From Pseudomonadota bacterium (GTDB lineage: Bacteria; Pseudomonadota; Alphaproteobacteria; Rhodobacterales; Rhodobacteraceae), in the NCBI GenBank assembly GCA_038745585.1, contig JBCDLH010000004.1:28521-92520 (forward strand): DNA of 64,000 bases. Direction: 5' to 3'. Below are positions 30,157 through 39,470 of the stretch, one piece after another. Numbering within the stretch: the stretch's first letter is position 1; each line of letters starts with the position of its first letter. A program made the position numbers and the translations under genes. Below the pieces are notes generated by a model. That model searched no databases and was not told the DNA's origin. It was given only the letters and a program-made list of their open reading frames with translations.

Positions 30157-31584
30157 GTGTCTTTTGCCGAAGCAGAAAGCGACTTGTACTCTCAATCCTG
30201 CTTTGAAGGGCCATGGGCGCGCGTCCAGGGCGGCCTGGGCTGGGCGATTCTCGCTCTGACCGGGGCTGTTGTTCTCGTTCAGGGCGGGAATCAGCCCGTG
30301 GCGTGGACGATGATGGCGGCGCTCGTGCTTCTACTGGGTGCGGCCCAACTCGCATTGCACCTCGTGCGAAATCCAGCGCGCGCGCTTCGCATCGCGCTGC
30401 CGCTCGCGGTGATCTACAGCTGCGTCGTGTCTTGGGCCGTCCTGCAGGCGGTTTGGCCCGCACCCCCGGAACTTGCCCATCCCGCGTGGGCGGCGGCGCC
30501 CGAGGGCGCGGTCCCACGGATCAGTGCCGATCCCGGGCAAGGCGTGCATATCGCGCTCCGTCTTGCCACCTACGGGTTGATCGCGTGGATCATGGCGGCC
30601 GCGTCCCTCAGCAACGACCGCGCCTGGGCCTACCTCCGTGCGATCGGGATCTTTTCCGGAGCCTATGCCAGCTACGGGATTGCCGCCGGCCTCAGCGGAA
30701 CCAATCCGCTTCTCGGTCTTGACGCTGGTGGCCAGACGCACATCACGGCGAGCTTCGTAAATCGCAATCACTTCGCCACCTATGCCGGCTTCGGCATGCT
30801 GGTGAATGTCGCGCTTTACCTCCACACGACGCAGCCGTCGGACGAGACGAAGGGCCTGAATGCGCTGCGCAACGGTTTGGAGACCTTTTTCTCCGGTGCT
30901 TGGATCCACGCTTTGAACGCCTTGCTCTGCGGCGCAGCTGTCTCGCTAAGCTTATCGCGGGCCGGAGGCGTCGCAGCTGTCGTCGGTCTTGCGGTGCTCC
31001 TTGGGGCGCAACGGTGGCGCGGCGCCGGCGGCGCAATCGCATGCGGCGTCGTTGTTGCGCTACTCTTTGGGGTGGGTGCGTTCTCTCTAGGGACGGGGAC
31101 CTTCAATCGCATCTTGGCGGGCGGCGAGAGCAGCGCGTTCCGCTTCGTCGTCTACGCCACACTGATTGACCTCATCCCACAGCGACCATGGCTCGGGCAG
31201 GGGCTTGGCGCGTTTGAGGATACCTTCCGCGCCCACGTGCCGCTCGAAGTCTCGCGCCTCGAATGGGGCAACGCGCATTCAAGCTACCTCGGCAACGCCT
31301 ACGAGATGGGCCTGCCTGCAGCGGCCGCGTTCTACTTCGTTCTGTGCATGGTCGGGGCGCGGCTTCTAACTGGACTTTTTGTGCGCCGGACGGACCGCAC
31401 CGCGCCAGCGCTGGCGCTCAGCGTCTTCACATTGGCCGCTGCGCATGCCACGGTCGACTTTTCCCTGGAGATACCCGGCGTGGCTGCCCTCTTTGCGGTT
31501 TTGATGGGGCTCGGATGGGCGCAGAGCTTTACCCGATCGGACAGGGCAAGCCGCGCGCCAATCGAACAGGCCAACCGCAACTGA
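30157..31584 (+). CDS. O-antigen ligase/polymerase-like (Wzy_C-type, ExoQ-like) membrane protein
   Basis: 475-aa polytopic protein. It has a periplasmic loop with RNHFATYAGFG, a later SLSRAGGVAAVVG, and H-containing loops typical of the O-antigen ligase family. Confidence 0.7.
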   Translation: MSFAEAESDLYSQSCFEGPWARVQGGLGWAILALTGAVVLVQGGNQPVAWTMMAALVLLLGAAQLALHLVRNPARALRIALPLAVIYSCVVSWAVLQAVWPAPPELAHPAWAAAPEGAVPRISADPGQGVHIALRLATYGLIAWIMAAASLSNDRAWAYLRAIGIFSGAYASYGIAAGLSGTNPLLGLDAGGQTHITASFVNRNHFATYAGFGMLVNVALYLHTTQPSDETKGLNALRNGLETFFSGAWIHALNALLCGAAVSLSLSRAGGVAAVVGLAVLLGAQRWRGAGGAIACGVVVALLFGVGAFSLGTGTFNRILAGGESSAFRFVVYATLIDLIPQRPWLGQGLGAFEDTFRAHVPLEVSRLEWGNAHSSYLGNAYEMGLPAAAAFYFVLCMVGARLLTGLFVRRTDRTAPALALSVFTLAAAHATVDFSLEIPGVAALFAVLMGLGWAQSFTRSDRASRAPIEQANRN

Positions 31585-31760
31585 CACCGCCGAAAGGCAG
31601 TTTCTTACTGGCCATCGGCCGCGCACCAGCCGCCGCTTCGGTGGACAGGCGCGACTTCCGCGTTTAGCCCATTGATAACCATGCCGAAGCCCTCGGCACC
31701 AAAGCCGCGCCCCGGTCCGAAGATCGCTTGCGCGGCGCACCGCAGTGGGAGCCAGACCAG

Positions 31761-32543
31761 ATGTTTTCCTGGTTGCGCCGCAAAACCGCCGGGCCGCCCG
31801 AGCCCCCTCCGCCACCGCCCCGGCCGGATCCGGCGCACCGGATCTACGCGGTGGGAGACGTGCATGGTCGCTACGACCTGCTCGAAGTCCTGCTCTGGAA
31901 GCTCAAAGCGGACGCCGATGCCCAGGAGGACGGCCGCGATGCAATCCTGGTTTTCCTTGGCGATCTCATAGATCGGGGTGACAATACCCGTGACGTGATT
32001 GACGCAGCTCTGGCCGCGTGGCTGACCTGGCCCCAGGTTGTGTGCCTCCGCGGAAACCATGAAGCCGCCCTGCTTGACTTTCTAGACGATCCCGAACGCG
32101 GGGCCTCGTGGCTCGGTTTTGGCGGGCGGCAAACCATCGGCAGCTACGGCGTCGCCGCGCCGACAGCGACCGCACAGGCCGATGAACTCCGGGCGACGGC
32201 GGCTGCTTTGGCCCATGCCATGGCGCATCACATCGACTTTCTGCGCCAAAGCGTCGAGCTATTCCGTTCAGGCGACGTGATCTGTGCCCATTCCGGGATC
32301 GACCCGCAAAAGCCGCTAGACGAGCAGAGGGCGTCAGCGCTCCTCTGGGGACGATCGCAATTCTTGGAGTTGGGCGCGCCCGATGGCCTCCGCATTGTTC
32401 ACGGACATTGGGACAATCCCGATCCCGTGGTCACGCCCGGCAGGATCGGAATCGACACGGGCGCCTACTACACGGGCCGCCTGACAGCGGTGCGCCTCGA
32501 TGCAGAGACCGAGCTCTTCATGGTGGACGCCCTTGATCTTTGA
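31761..32543 (+). CDS. PPP-family metallophosphatase (PrpA/ApaH-like Ser/Thr/Tyr phosphatase)
   Basis: RIYAVGDVHG, VFLGDLIDRGDN and LRGNHE motifs. An N-terminal polyproline tract (GPPEPPPPPPRPDP) precedes the first catalytic motif, and no alternative in-frame start lies after it. Confidence 0.85.
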   Translation: MFSWLRRKTAGPPEPPPPPPRPDPAHRIYAVGDVHGRYDLLEVLLWKLKADADAQEDGRDAILVFLGDLIDRGDNTRDVIDAALAAWLTWPQVVCLRGNHEAALLDFLDDPERGASWLGFGGRQTIGSYGVAAPTATAQADELRATAAALAHAMAHHIDFLRQSVELFRSGDVICAHSGIDPQKPLDEQRASALLWGRSQFLELGAPDGLRIVHGHWDNPDPVVTPGRIGIDTGAYYTGRLTAVRLDAETELFMVDALDL

Positions 32544-32604
32544 GCGCGGCGGGCAGGCCAGAAGGCCTCTGCGAGCGTTGCGCTCGCCGAAAACGCGCAC
32601 GCAT

Positions 32605-33462
32605 CTAGTTTTCAAAGACTTCGTTTAGAAAGCGGATCTCCGCCTCCCAAAGTGCGGGCAGGTTCAGCGCTTCGTGTCCGACCCCCTCAAGCGTCATGAA
32701 CGTCGTCGGCGCAGTGGTGGCGTCGTAGAGCCGCCGTCCCGAGGCATAGGGGATCACGCGATCTTGGGTGCCGTGAAGGATGAGTGTTGGGGCGGTCACC
32801 GCGGCGATGTGCTCGATGCTGCTGTATTGATCGTGCATCAATACTCGAACGGGAAGCCACGGATAGCGCATCTCCGCGATCTCAACCGCTGCATCATAGG
32901 GGGCACCAAGAACAAGCGCCCCGACCTCCTGCGCGGCTGCAAGCTGGACGGCGACCCCTGTGCCAAGCGACTCGCCCACCACGGCAAGGTCTTGCGGCGC
33001 GAGACCCTGCGCCAAAAGCCAATCATAGGCCGTGCGCGCGTCTGTAACGAAGCCCTCCTCACTCGGTGATCCTGTGCTCCCACCAAAGCCGCGCCAGGAA
33101 AGGAAAAGGACGCCGAGCCCGGCGTCTCGATAGGCGGCGAAGCGCGCGGATCGGTCTCCGATCTCGCCGCCATTCCCATGCAGGAAGAGAAGCGTCGGCC
33201 GCCCTTGGTCGGCCGGTGCGTACCATGCCACGAGAGTCTCTCGGTCCTGGGTCGCGAGCGTCTCAACGGTCACGCCGGTCAGTCCGACCGCTTCGGGTCG
33301 CGGGTTATCTTGAGATGGCAAATACTGGATCTGCCGTTGCAGCACGAACATTCCGGCGAGATTGGCAAGGTAAACGACGCCAACGGTTACGAGGACGATT
33401 CTGAGAAACCGCACATCTCTGTCCTTGTCTGTCGCGCCTCGGCCTGGGCGCATCGCCCCCAC
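32605..33462 (-). CDS. alpha/beta hydrolase
   Basis: N-terminal TM segment, LLFLHGNGG, and the nucleophile elbow VVGESLGTGVAV. Confidence 0.8.
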   Translation of the reverse strand: MGAMRPGRGATDKDRDVRFLRIVLVTVGVVYLANLAGMFVLQRQIQYLPSQDNPRPEAVGLTGVTVETLATQDRETLVAWYAPADQGRPTLLFLHGNGGEIGDRSARFAAYRDAGLGVLFLSWRGFGGSTGSPSEEGFVTDARTAYDWLLAQGLAPQDLAVVGESLGTGVAVQLAAAQEVGALVLGAPYDAAVEIAEMRYPWLPVRVLMHDQYSSIEHIAAVTAPTLILHGTQDRVIPYASGRRLYDATTAPTTFMTLEGVGHEALNLPALWEAEIRFLNEVFEN

Positions 33463-33931
33463 GCCAATGTGAGCGTCATTGATGCTCCGACAAGGGTGTC
33501 TCCCACCGATGCCGCAAAAGAGATCGGGTTTCGCAAGGTCCTCTCAATCGTCTGAGCCCCTGTCAGCGGGACTGTTGCAGTACCTGAGGTTAACAGCTGG
33601 GGTTTTTTCCTGGCGGTCCAGCATGCCGCGCGGATTGCCTTTTCGCGCCCCATCGCTTTCCCAGAGACATCATGCTCTTCGCAGCGCGCCGGTATGCGCG
33701 GCATCAGCCGTTCTCCCAGGATGTCGTAGATGTGCTGGCAGAGCCCGCGTCAAAGCGGACAGATCGACAATGTTCCGCCGGATAGATGGCCTTCGCGGCG
33801 GATGAAGGGGACATGCACCCCTATGGACTGGATTTCGACCAGACCTCCCGCACGGAGCAGGCGATGGGCGACGAGCACGAGGCCCTCGACCGAAGCGCGC
33901 TGGGCGCGCGTCCCGCCCTTTGGCCAGTGCG

Positions 33932-35026
33932 TTACGGCGCATACCAGGCTGGCGTGGGACCGGCAGCCGCCTCGAACTCCGGTACAAGCCCTCTCTCAAG
34001 CGCCGCCACCATATGGGCGAGGTTGGCAACGATGTGCTTCCACTCCTCCGGCCCCCCGATGGCGTACTGCATCGGCCCGCCCTCCCGTGGTGTGACGGGC
34101 AGGATCAGCCGCGCCGCGCCAGCCAGCGCGGTCACGTCCAGCGAGGCGGTGATGCTCCGGCTCCAAGTGCCAACGTCCAGGGAGAGGAAGAGCGTCGTGT
34201 TGGCGGGCGTGCGGCGCGTGAGTTCGAAGACACCATGGCCCCCTTTACAGCTGTATCCGAGCGGCTTGAACGCGCGGGTGAGCGCGGGCTTCATCGGCCC
34301 GACATCGGACGTGGCGCCGACACCATGGGCCTCAAGCGCCGCGCCCGCATCCGGTAAATCGTGCGGCATCCGCGCGGCTATCTCCGGAATGCGCGCGCGC
34401 CAACGTTCGACCACTGCGGCGGGGTCGCCGATGGGGCCCGCCAGTTCGGTGCCGGGAACCACGAATTGCTTCTTCTTTTCCACTTTCCCGCAAGCGGCGT
34501 ATATGGTTGCGATGTTGGCTGGCAGGTCGGGCAAGACCGGTGCAGCGCGATCAGCCTCAAACACAAACAGGCCTTGCACGCTCCGCAGCCGCCCATTGAC
34601 CCACCACGAGTCGCCGATCGTAATGCCAGGCGGACTCTCGCCAAGCTGGTCGACCGCTAAGCCCGAACCGAAGCCGGGCCCGGTGATCGATAGAGAGATC
34701 TGGTTGAAGGGCAAGGATCGCGGGACGCCAGCGGCGAGCGCGAGGATCGTCTCGTCCGGGATCGTTTCGCCCGGCTTCGGCCCATCCTCCATATTGGTCA
34801 GCAGGCGTGGTGAGCCCTCGGTTGCGAAGGGCGCCAGCTCGGGCATCCTCTTTAGCGCGCGGGCGACCGCCGAGACGGAGCCTTCGACGGGGGTATCGCT
34901 GAATGCAGCTGCGATATGCCGGTCCGCCATACCCGCGGCATCGACCGCCTCGAGCATCCGCGAGACCAGCGTGGCCAGCGGCTCCTTCCGATTCACCTTG
35001 AAGGTCGTGAATTCAGCGACGCGCAT
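33932..35026 (-). CDS. hypothetical protein (no recognisable domain)
   Basis: 364-aa ORF with balanced amino-acid composition. The overlapping 457-aa plus-strand ORF is Ser/Arg/Ala/Pro-rich, as expected for an antisense frame. Confidence 0.6.
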   Translation of the reverse strand: MRVAEFTTFKVNRKEPLATLVSRMLEAVDAAGMADRHIAAAFSDTPVEGSVSAVARALKRMPELAPFATEGSPRLLTNMEDGPKPGETIPDETILALAAGVPRSLPFNQISLSITGPGFGSGLAVDQLGESPPGITIGDSWWVNGRLRSVQGLFVFEADRAAPVLPDLPANIATIYAACGKVEKKKQFVVPGTELAGPIGDPAAVVERWRARIPEIAARMPHDLPDAGAALEAHGVGATSDVGPMKPALTRAFKPLGYSCKGGHGVFELTRRTPANTTLFLSLDVGTWSRSITASLDVTALAGAARLILPVTPREGGPMQYAIGGPEEWKHIVANLAHMVAALERGLVPEFEAAAGPTPAWYAP

Positions 35027-35345
35027 AGTCCCGCTCCGAATTGGCTCCCCCGGGCGCCAGTCTCACTGTCCCGTTGCGAATGCGTCAATCGGGAGTTTTG
35101 AGCGGCGTCTGTTCGGTCGCGAACCGAACAGGCGGGATTTCACCGGGATCAGCAAGTGACAGACAGTGGCTTGCGAAGCTGTGCCCTATCGCGTCGCAAA
35201 TGTGTTGCCGGGACGCGGACACAGTTCCCGTGCTTGGACCTTGGTGGTCTCTTGCTGACTTACCACTTCAGGATTTGAACTCATGGCACAGATCCGCCCA
35301 AACCTGTATCAGCTCCACCCGCTGCTCTGAGTACGTTGTCCGGTT

Positions 35346-35653
35346 TTAGGTCCGTCTGATCTCGTTAGAGTCTTGGTGGGCCAACACCGCTTCGATCACA
35401 TAAGGTTTGTACTCTCGGGCGTTTAGGATCGTGCTGGCGGTTACTCGGAACCCGTGCGCCGTGACTTCGTCTCCGGAGTAGCCAAGGCGCCGCAGTACTG
35501 TGCCGAAGCCGTTCTCCAAAGCTTCGAACCTGTTTTCTGCACCTGGAGATAGAGGCCCAAGCCATCACTGAGTCGGTAGGCCTTATTTTTCTGTTTTACC
35601 CTGCGAATCTTCAGGTCAGACAGCGACATCTGGGCAACGGGTCTCCGCGGCAC
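35346..35653 (-). pseudogene. internally deleted P4-type tyrosine integrase remnant
   Basis: The N-terminal arm-binding (DUF4102-like) peptide MSLSDLKIRRVKQKNKAYRLSDGLGLYLQVQKTGSKLWR joins, after a frame change, directly to the C-terminal peptide NGFGTVLRRLGYSGDEVTAHGFRVTASTILNAREYKPYVIEAVLAHQDSNEIRRT. That peptide has the HxxR box and LAH but no catalytic Tyr region. Confidence 0.75.
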
Positions 35654-35789
35654 ATCTTGGCGCCCGTTACCCAGTTCGCTACCCAGAAATGGGTGCGATT
35701 TCCTGGGTACAGGCGGTCATCTATGTCCAGGAGAATACCCGGAAAGCTGTTGTTTTTCCGAGGCTTTGGACGGCTATGTTCGGGAAGAC

Positions 35790-35805
35790 TGGTGCCCAGG
35801 AGAGG
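35790..35805. repeat. attL: 16-bp direct repeat TGGTGCCCAGGAGAGG
   Basis: Identical to 63639-63654, the 3' end of tRNA-Leu. Similarity continues with mismatches for about 7 more bp (CGAA shared). Confidence 0.85.
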
Positions 35806-35966
35806 CAACGAATTCCAATATCTTGTGGTAGCAACCCGTCTCAATCTGCCGCGCCATTTCTCAACGTTCACGATTCCTGCCCATAAATCAGTATCAAACC
35901 GACTTCAGCACGTAGCAAACCGTCTCATCCTATCCTACATATTGAAGGTGGACTGAGGAGTGGACT

Positions 35967-37175
35967 GTGCCGAGACCGAGGAACAAGCTGTCGAATGTAA
36001 AGGTCCAGAAGGCTGGTCCTGGCAAGTACAGCGACGGCGCGGGCCTATGGCTCTTCAAGACGCCTGAAGGAAACGCGAAGTGGGTGCTGCGGTACACCAT
36101 CCATGGACGCCGCCGTGAGATGGGCCTCGGGGCGCTCGGTGACGTCACCTTGAAAGCTGCGCGTGAGGCTGCTGATAGGTGGCGCCCGCTGGTGGCGGCG
36201 GGCAAAGATCCCATCAAGGAGCGCGAGAAAGAGCGCCGCCAGCTTTTGCGTGTCGACAATTCGCTCGCTGCAGTCGCCGAAGACGCCTTCACCGCGCGAC
36301 AAGCTCAACTCAAAGACGATGGCAAGGCCGGTCGATGGTTTTCACCGCTCCGGCTCCATGTCCTGCCTAAGCTTGGCAGGGTGCCGGTCGAAGATATCGA
36401 TCAGCAAGATATCCGAACGACCATCGCACCCCTGTGGCACACAAAGGCGGACACTGCCCGCAAGGCGCTGGACCGGCTCAACATTGTGATGCGCCACGGT
36501 GCTGCGCTCGGGCTGGACGTAGACCTCCAAGCTGTTGCTAAGGCGAAAGCCCTTCTCGGGAAGAGCCGCCATGAAGCCCAACACATCCCGGCTATGGCGT
36601 GGCAAGAGGTGCCGAGCTTCTATGCAACCCTCGCGGAGCCGACGGTCACTCACCTAGCGCTTCGCCTACTCATTCTGACGGGGGTGCGATCCCGCCCACT
36701 CCGGTTTCTTCGCGTAGATCAAATCAATGGCGATGTTTGGACCATTCCCGCTGAGCTGATGAAGGGCGCTAAGGGCAAGACGTCCGACTTCAGGGTGCCG
36801 CTATCAATCGAAGCGCAGAAGGCCGTCGAGTTGGCGATGTCACATAGCCGCGACGGCTACCTGTTCCCAAGCGTGCGGAAGGGCGTAATCAGCGATGCGA
36901 CCATGGCACGGTTGATGGAGCGTCGTGGGATGGAAGCGCGCCCACACGGCTTTCGATCCAGCTTGCGAACCTGGCTCGCTGAGGCGACGGACGCGCCATA
37001 CGAGGTTGCTGAAACTGTCCTCGCGCACACCGTTGGGAGCTCAGTCCAGCGCGCTTACAGCAGGACTGATTATCTCGAACAGCGCCTGGCGTTGATGGAA
37101 AGATGGGGCCGTTTCGTTGCGGCAGAAAAAAGCGCGGAGGTTCTGACCTTTGAACAAGCCAGAACAATTGTTTGA
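35967..37175 (+). CDS. int: tyrosine recombinase, P4-type integrase (DUF4102 arm-binding N-terminus)
   Basis: LSNVKVQKAGPGKYSDGAGLWLFKTPEGNAKWVLRY; catalytic region LLILTGVRSRP, RPHGFRSSLRTW, VLAHTVGSSVQRAYSRTDY. Confidence 0.9.
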   Translation: MPRPRNKLSNVKVQKAGPGKYSDGAGLWLFKTPEGNAKWVLRYTIHGRRREMGLGALGDVTLKAAREAADRWRPLVAAGKDPIKEREKERRQLLRVDNSLAAVAEDAFTARQAQLKDDGKAGRWFSPLRLHVLPKLGRVPVEDIDQQDIRTTIAPLWHTKADTARKALDRLNIVMRHGAALGLDVDLQAVAKAKALLGKSRHEAQHIPAMAWQEVPSFYATLAEPTVTHLALRLLILTGVRSRPLRFLRVDQINGDVWTIPAELMKGAKGKTSDFRVPLSIEAQKAVELAMSHSRDGYLFPSVRKGVISDATMARLMERRGMEARPHGFRSSLRTWLAEATDAPYEVAETVLAHTVGSSVQRAYSRTDYLEQRLALMERWGRFVAAEKSAEVLTFEQARTIV

Positions 37176-37887
37176 TCCACGTCCATTCACAAGCGAAAGG
37201 GTAGTAGATGTAATTCTCAAATTCTTTCCGGACCAGGACCTAAGCCCGTTCGAATGGCTGCGTTTAGAGCCAAACGTTATGCTCGATGACGATGACATCC
37301 ATGTCGCGGACATTAAGGAGCAAAAGAAGGCGCTGAAAAACCTTGAAAAAGGTTTGAGGCAGGCATTGCTCGCTTATCAAGCCTTACATCCAGATGTCAG
37401 GCGAAGTCTCGAACACGAAGCGTCAGATACTCGCGCGAAGAATCCATCCGCTTACTGTGCAGTGTTCTTTACTTCGACTGATGGAAAAAGTGAACCAATC
37501 CAGACCTACAGCGAGGTAGAGCTCTTTGTGCGAAACGCCCTTGCCGGTCTCATTGGAGCCAGCGCAGACGATCCGTCCCTCGCCAGTACACTCGCCTCTC
37601 AGAAGGGTTCGGCACTTGCAGCCGGCTTGGCTGCTCTCGAACAGCACTCAATGACAGCTCTCACACCGCACGCAAGAGACGGCGAGTCTTGGAGGAAAGC
37701 TAAGGTCGTCAGAGAAGCACGCGATTTGTGGAAAAGGCTGAAGGGCGTAGAAGCACCTAAAGCGGCTTCTGGAGACTTCGGAGATTTTCTGAGCGAGCTT
37801 ATATTAGCTCTTGGAAAAGACTGGGATCCAGCGAGCACGATGAACGCCTGGAAGAACAGAGCAGATAGCGAGGGGTGGATTTTCTAG
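37150..37887 (+). CDS. hypothetical protein (A+T-richer cargo between int and alpA-like gene)
   Basis: 245-aa ORF with plausible composition and no recognised motif. It overlaps the int 3' end by 26 nt, so the true start may be later. Confidence 0.5.
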   Translation: MNKPEQLFDPRPFTSERVVDVILKFFPDQDLSPFEWLRLEPNVMLDDDDIHVADIKEQKKALKNLEKGLRQALLAYQALHPDVRRSLEHEASDTRAKNPSAYCAVFFTSTDGKSEPIQTYSEVELFVRNALAGLIGASADDPSLASTLASQKGSALAAGLAALEQHSMTALTPHARDGESWRKAKVVREARDLWKRLKGVEAPKAASGDFGDFLSELILALGKDWDPASTMNAWKNRADSEGWIF

Positions 37888-37977
37888 CCTAGCTATCAGT
37901 GACCGAAGAGGGAGAACCGGAGAGGAGTAGCTCAATCAGTTTCAAGCGGGATGACCGCAGGATCGAAAGGATTGAGC

Positions 37978-38175
37978 ATGGAAAACCCAGATCCCCTATT
38001 GAGCCAGCGCGAATGCGCCGTTTTCCTCAGCATCTCCAAACCCACGTTCTGGCGCCGCGTCGGTGACGGCACCTTGCCGAAGCCGATCAAGATTGGCGGC
38101 ATGTCCCGCTGGCGGCTGAGCGACATCGAAAAAGCCATCGAGCGGGCGGAGCGCGAAAGCCGCGACGCCGCATAG
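37978..38175 (+). CDS. AlpA-family HTH regulator / excisionase-like protein
   Basis: LLSQRECAVFLSISKPTFWRRVGDGTLPKPIKIGGMSRWRLSDIEKAI is the AlpA/MerR-like phage regulator pattern. Confidence 0.85.
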   Translation: MENPDPLLSQRECAVFLSISKPTFWRRVGDGTLPKPIKIGGMSRWRLSDIEKAIERAERESRDAA

Positions 38176-38283
38176 CGAACCCGTCCGATCAATAGACCGG
38201 GCGGGGGCGCATTCGTTGGGCTTGTGGAATAGCCAAACAATAGTCGCTTCGACCCGGTCCTTCAAGAAAAGAAGGAACGGAAA

Positions 38284-38595
38284 GTGAAATTCGAGCAGAA
38301 CAAGAAGCGCACCGGGCGCTACGAAATCCAGCAAACCAACGATACGGTCATCGTGATCGAAGTGTCGGGACGCGTCCAATGGGCTCTGGAAGAGCTCATG
38401 AGAGCTTCGGAGCGCGGCTGCACGCCGATTGACACTCCAGGCCCCCGTTGGAGCCATTACATTTGGGTCCTGCGCGGCGAAGGTGTCGACATCGAAACCG
38501 TCACCGAGAAGCACGGCGGCCCGTTCTCCGGCACTCATGCCAGATACGTCCTGCGCTCTGTCGTCGTGCGACTTCCCAAAGCGGAGGCGGCGTGA
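38284..38595 (+). CDS. winged-helix DNA-binding protein (HTH_39-like)
   Basis: GRVQWALEELMRASERGCTPIDTPGPRWSHYIWVLRGEGVDIETVTEKHGGPFSGTHARYVL matches my memory of the wHTH family found in plasmid/ICE replication-partition regions. Confidence 0.6.
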   Translation: MKFEQNKKRTGRYEIQQTNDTVIVIEVSGRVQWALEELMRASERGCTPIDTPGPRWSHYIWVLRGEGVDIETVTEKHGGPFSGTHARYVLRSVVVRLPKAEAA

Positions 38596-39470
38596 TGAAG
38601 GCTTACAGGGCTAGCCCCGTAAAGCGCCGTCGTGCCAGCAAGAGCGAGATGGAAGAGCGTGCGCGCTTCTACATCGAATACGCGCTGGCGCATGGCCCCA
38701 TGACGGTACGCGGCCTCTACTATCAAGCGGAAGTCGCTCATCTCCCCGGCATCGACAAGACCGAGGCGAGCTACGCGAAGGTTCAGCGGCACGTCCTCAA
38801 CCTGCGCCGCGACGGGCGGTTGCCGTACAATACGATATCCGATGCCACGCGCTACACGCGCCGCCCCAGGACGCATGACGGCTGGGAAGATGCGCTGCAA
38901 GAAACTGCCCGGCTCTACCGCAAGAGCCTGTGGGCGGACTCATTCGATGAAGTGGAAATCTGGATTGAAAAATCGGCCCTGGCTGGCGTTCTCTACCCGG
39001 TAACCGCTGAATACGACGTGTCGCTGATGCCCACAGGCGGCTACACGTCGGAGACCTTTGCTTATGAAGCTGTGGCCCGCCTTAGGGATACGGGTCGAAC
39101 GCTCCACGTCTATGCGCTCTATGACTTCGACAGGTCGGGCCAGTCCGCCGCCGACAGTCTGCGCGAAAAGGTCGAGCGGTTCGGCGACGAGCTCGACGTA
39201 CCGGTTTCGTTCATCAACCTTGGCCTCTCCCTTGGCCAGGTGCGCGCGATGAACCTACCGACCCGCGAGCCCAAGCGGAAAACGGCGGCAGACATGGCCT
39301 GGCCCCATGACATAGCCGCCGAACTCGACGCCATACCGCCGGACGACCTGCGCGAGATGGTGCGCAGCGCAATCGAACTCCACTTGCCGCAGAACGAGCT
39401 CAAGCAGTTGAAGGCTATCGAAGCCGCTGAGCGCGCGACCCTGATGGAATTCGTCGGGAGGGCCGCGTGA
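38595..39470 (+). CDS. hypothetical protein with Toprim/TopoVI-A-like signature
   Basis: The ATG shares one base with the preceding TGA (GTGATGAAG). EVEIWIEKSALAGVL (conserved Glu strand as in Spo11/TopoVI-A VEKxA) and HVYALYDFDRSGQSAA (DxD) have appropriate spacing. This is a fold inference only. Confidence 0.55.
   Translation: MKAYRASPVKRRRASKSEMEERARFYIEYALAHGPMTVRGLYYQAEVAHLPGIDKTEASYAKVQRHVLNLRRDGRLPYNTISDATRYTRRPRTHDGWEDALQETARLYRKSLWADSFDEVEIWIEKSALAGVLYPVTAEYDVSLMPTGGYTSETFAYEAVARLRDTGRTLHVYALYDFDRSGQSAADSLREKVERFGDELDVPVSFINLGLSLGQVRAMNLPTREPKRKTAADMAWPHDIAAELDAIPPDDLREMVRSAIELHLPQNELKQLKAIEAAERATLMEFVGRAA

Noticed and set aside
35225-35335. tRNA-like fragment (TGGTGG...CAGGATTTGAACTCATGG) left of the integrase remnant
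   Set aside because: The GATTTGAAC resembles a reverse-complemented T-loop. However, the flanking stems do not pair (CAGGA versus TCATG), and no acceptor or anticodon arm can be drawn. I cannot support a tRNA or tRNA relic.
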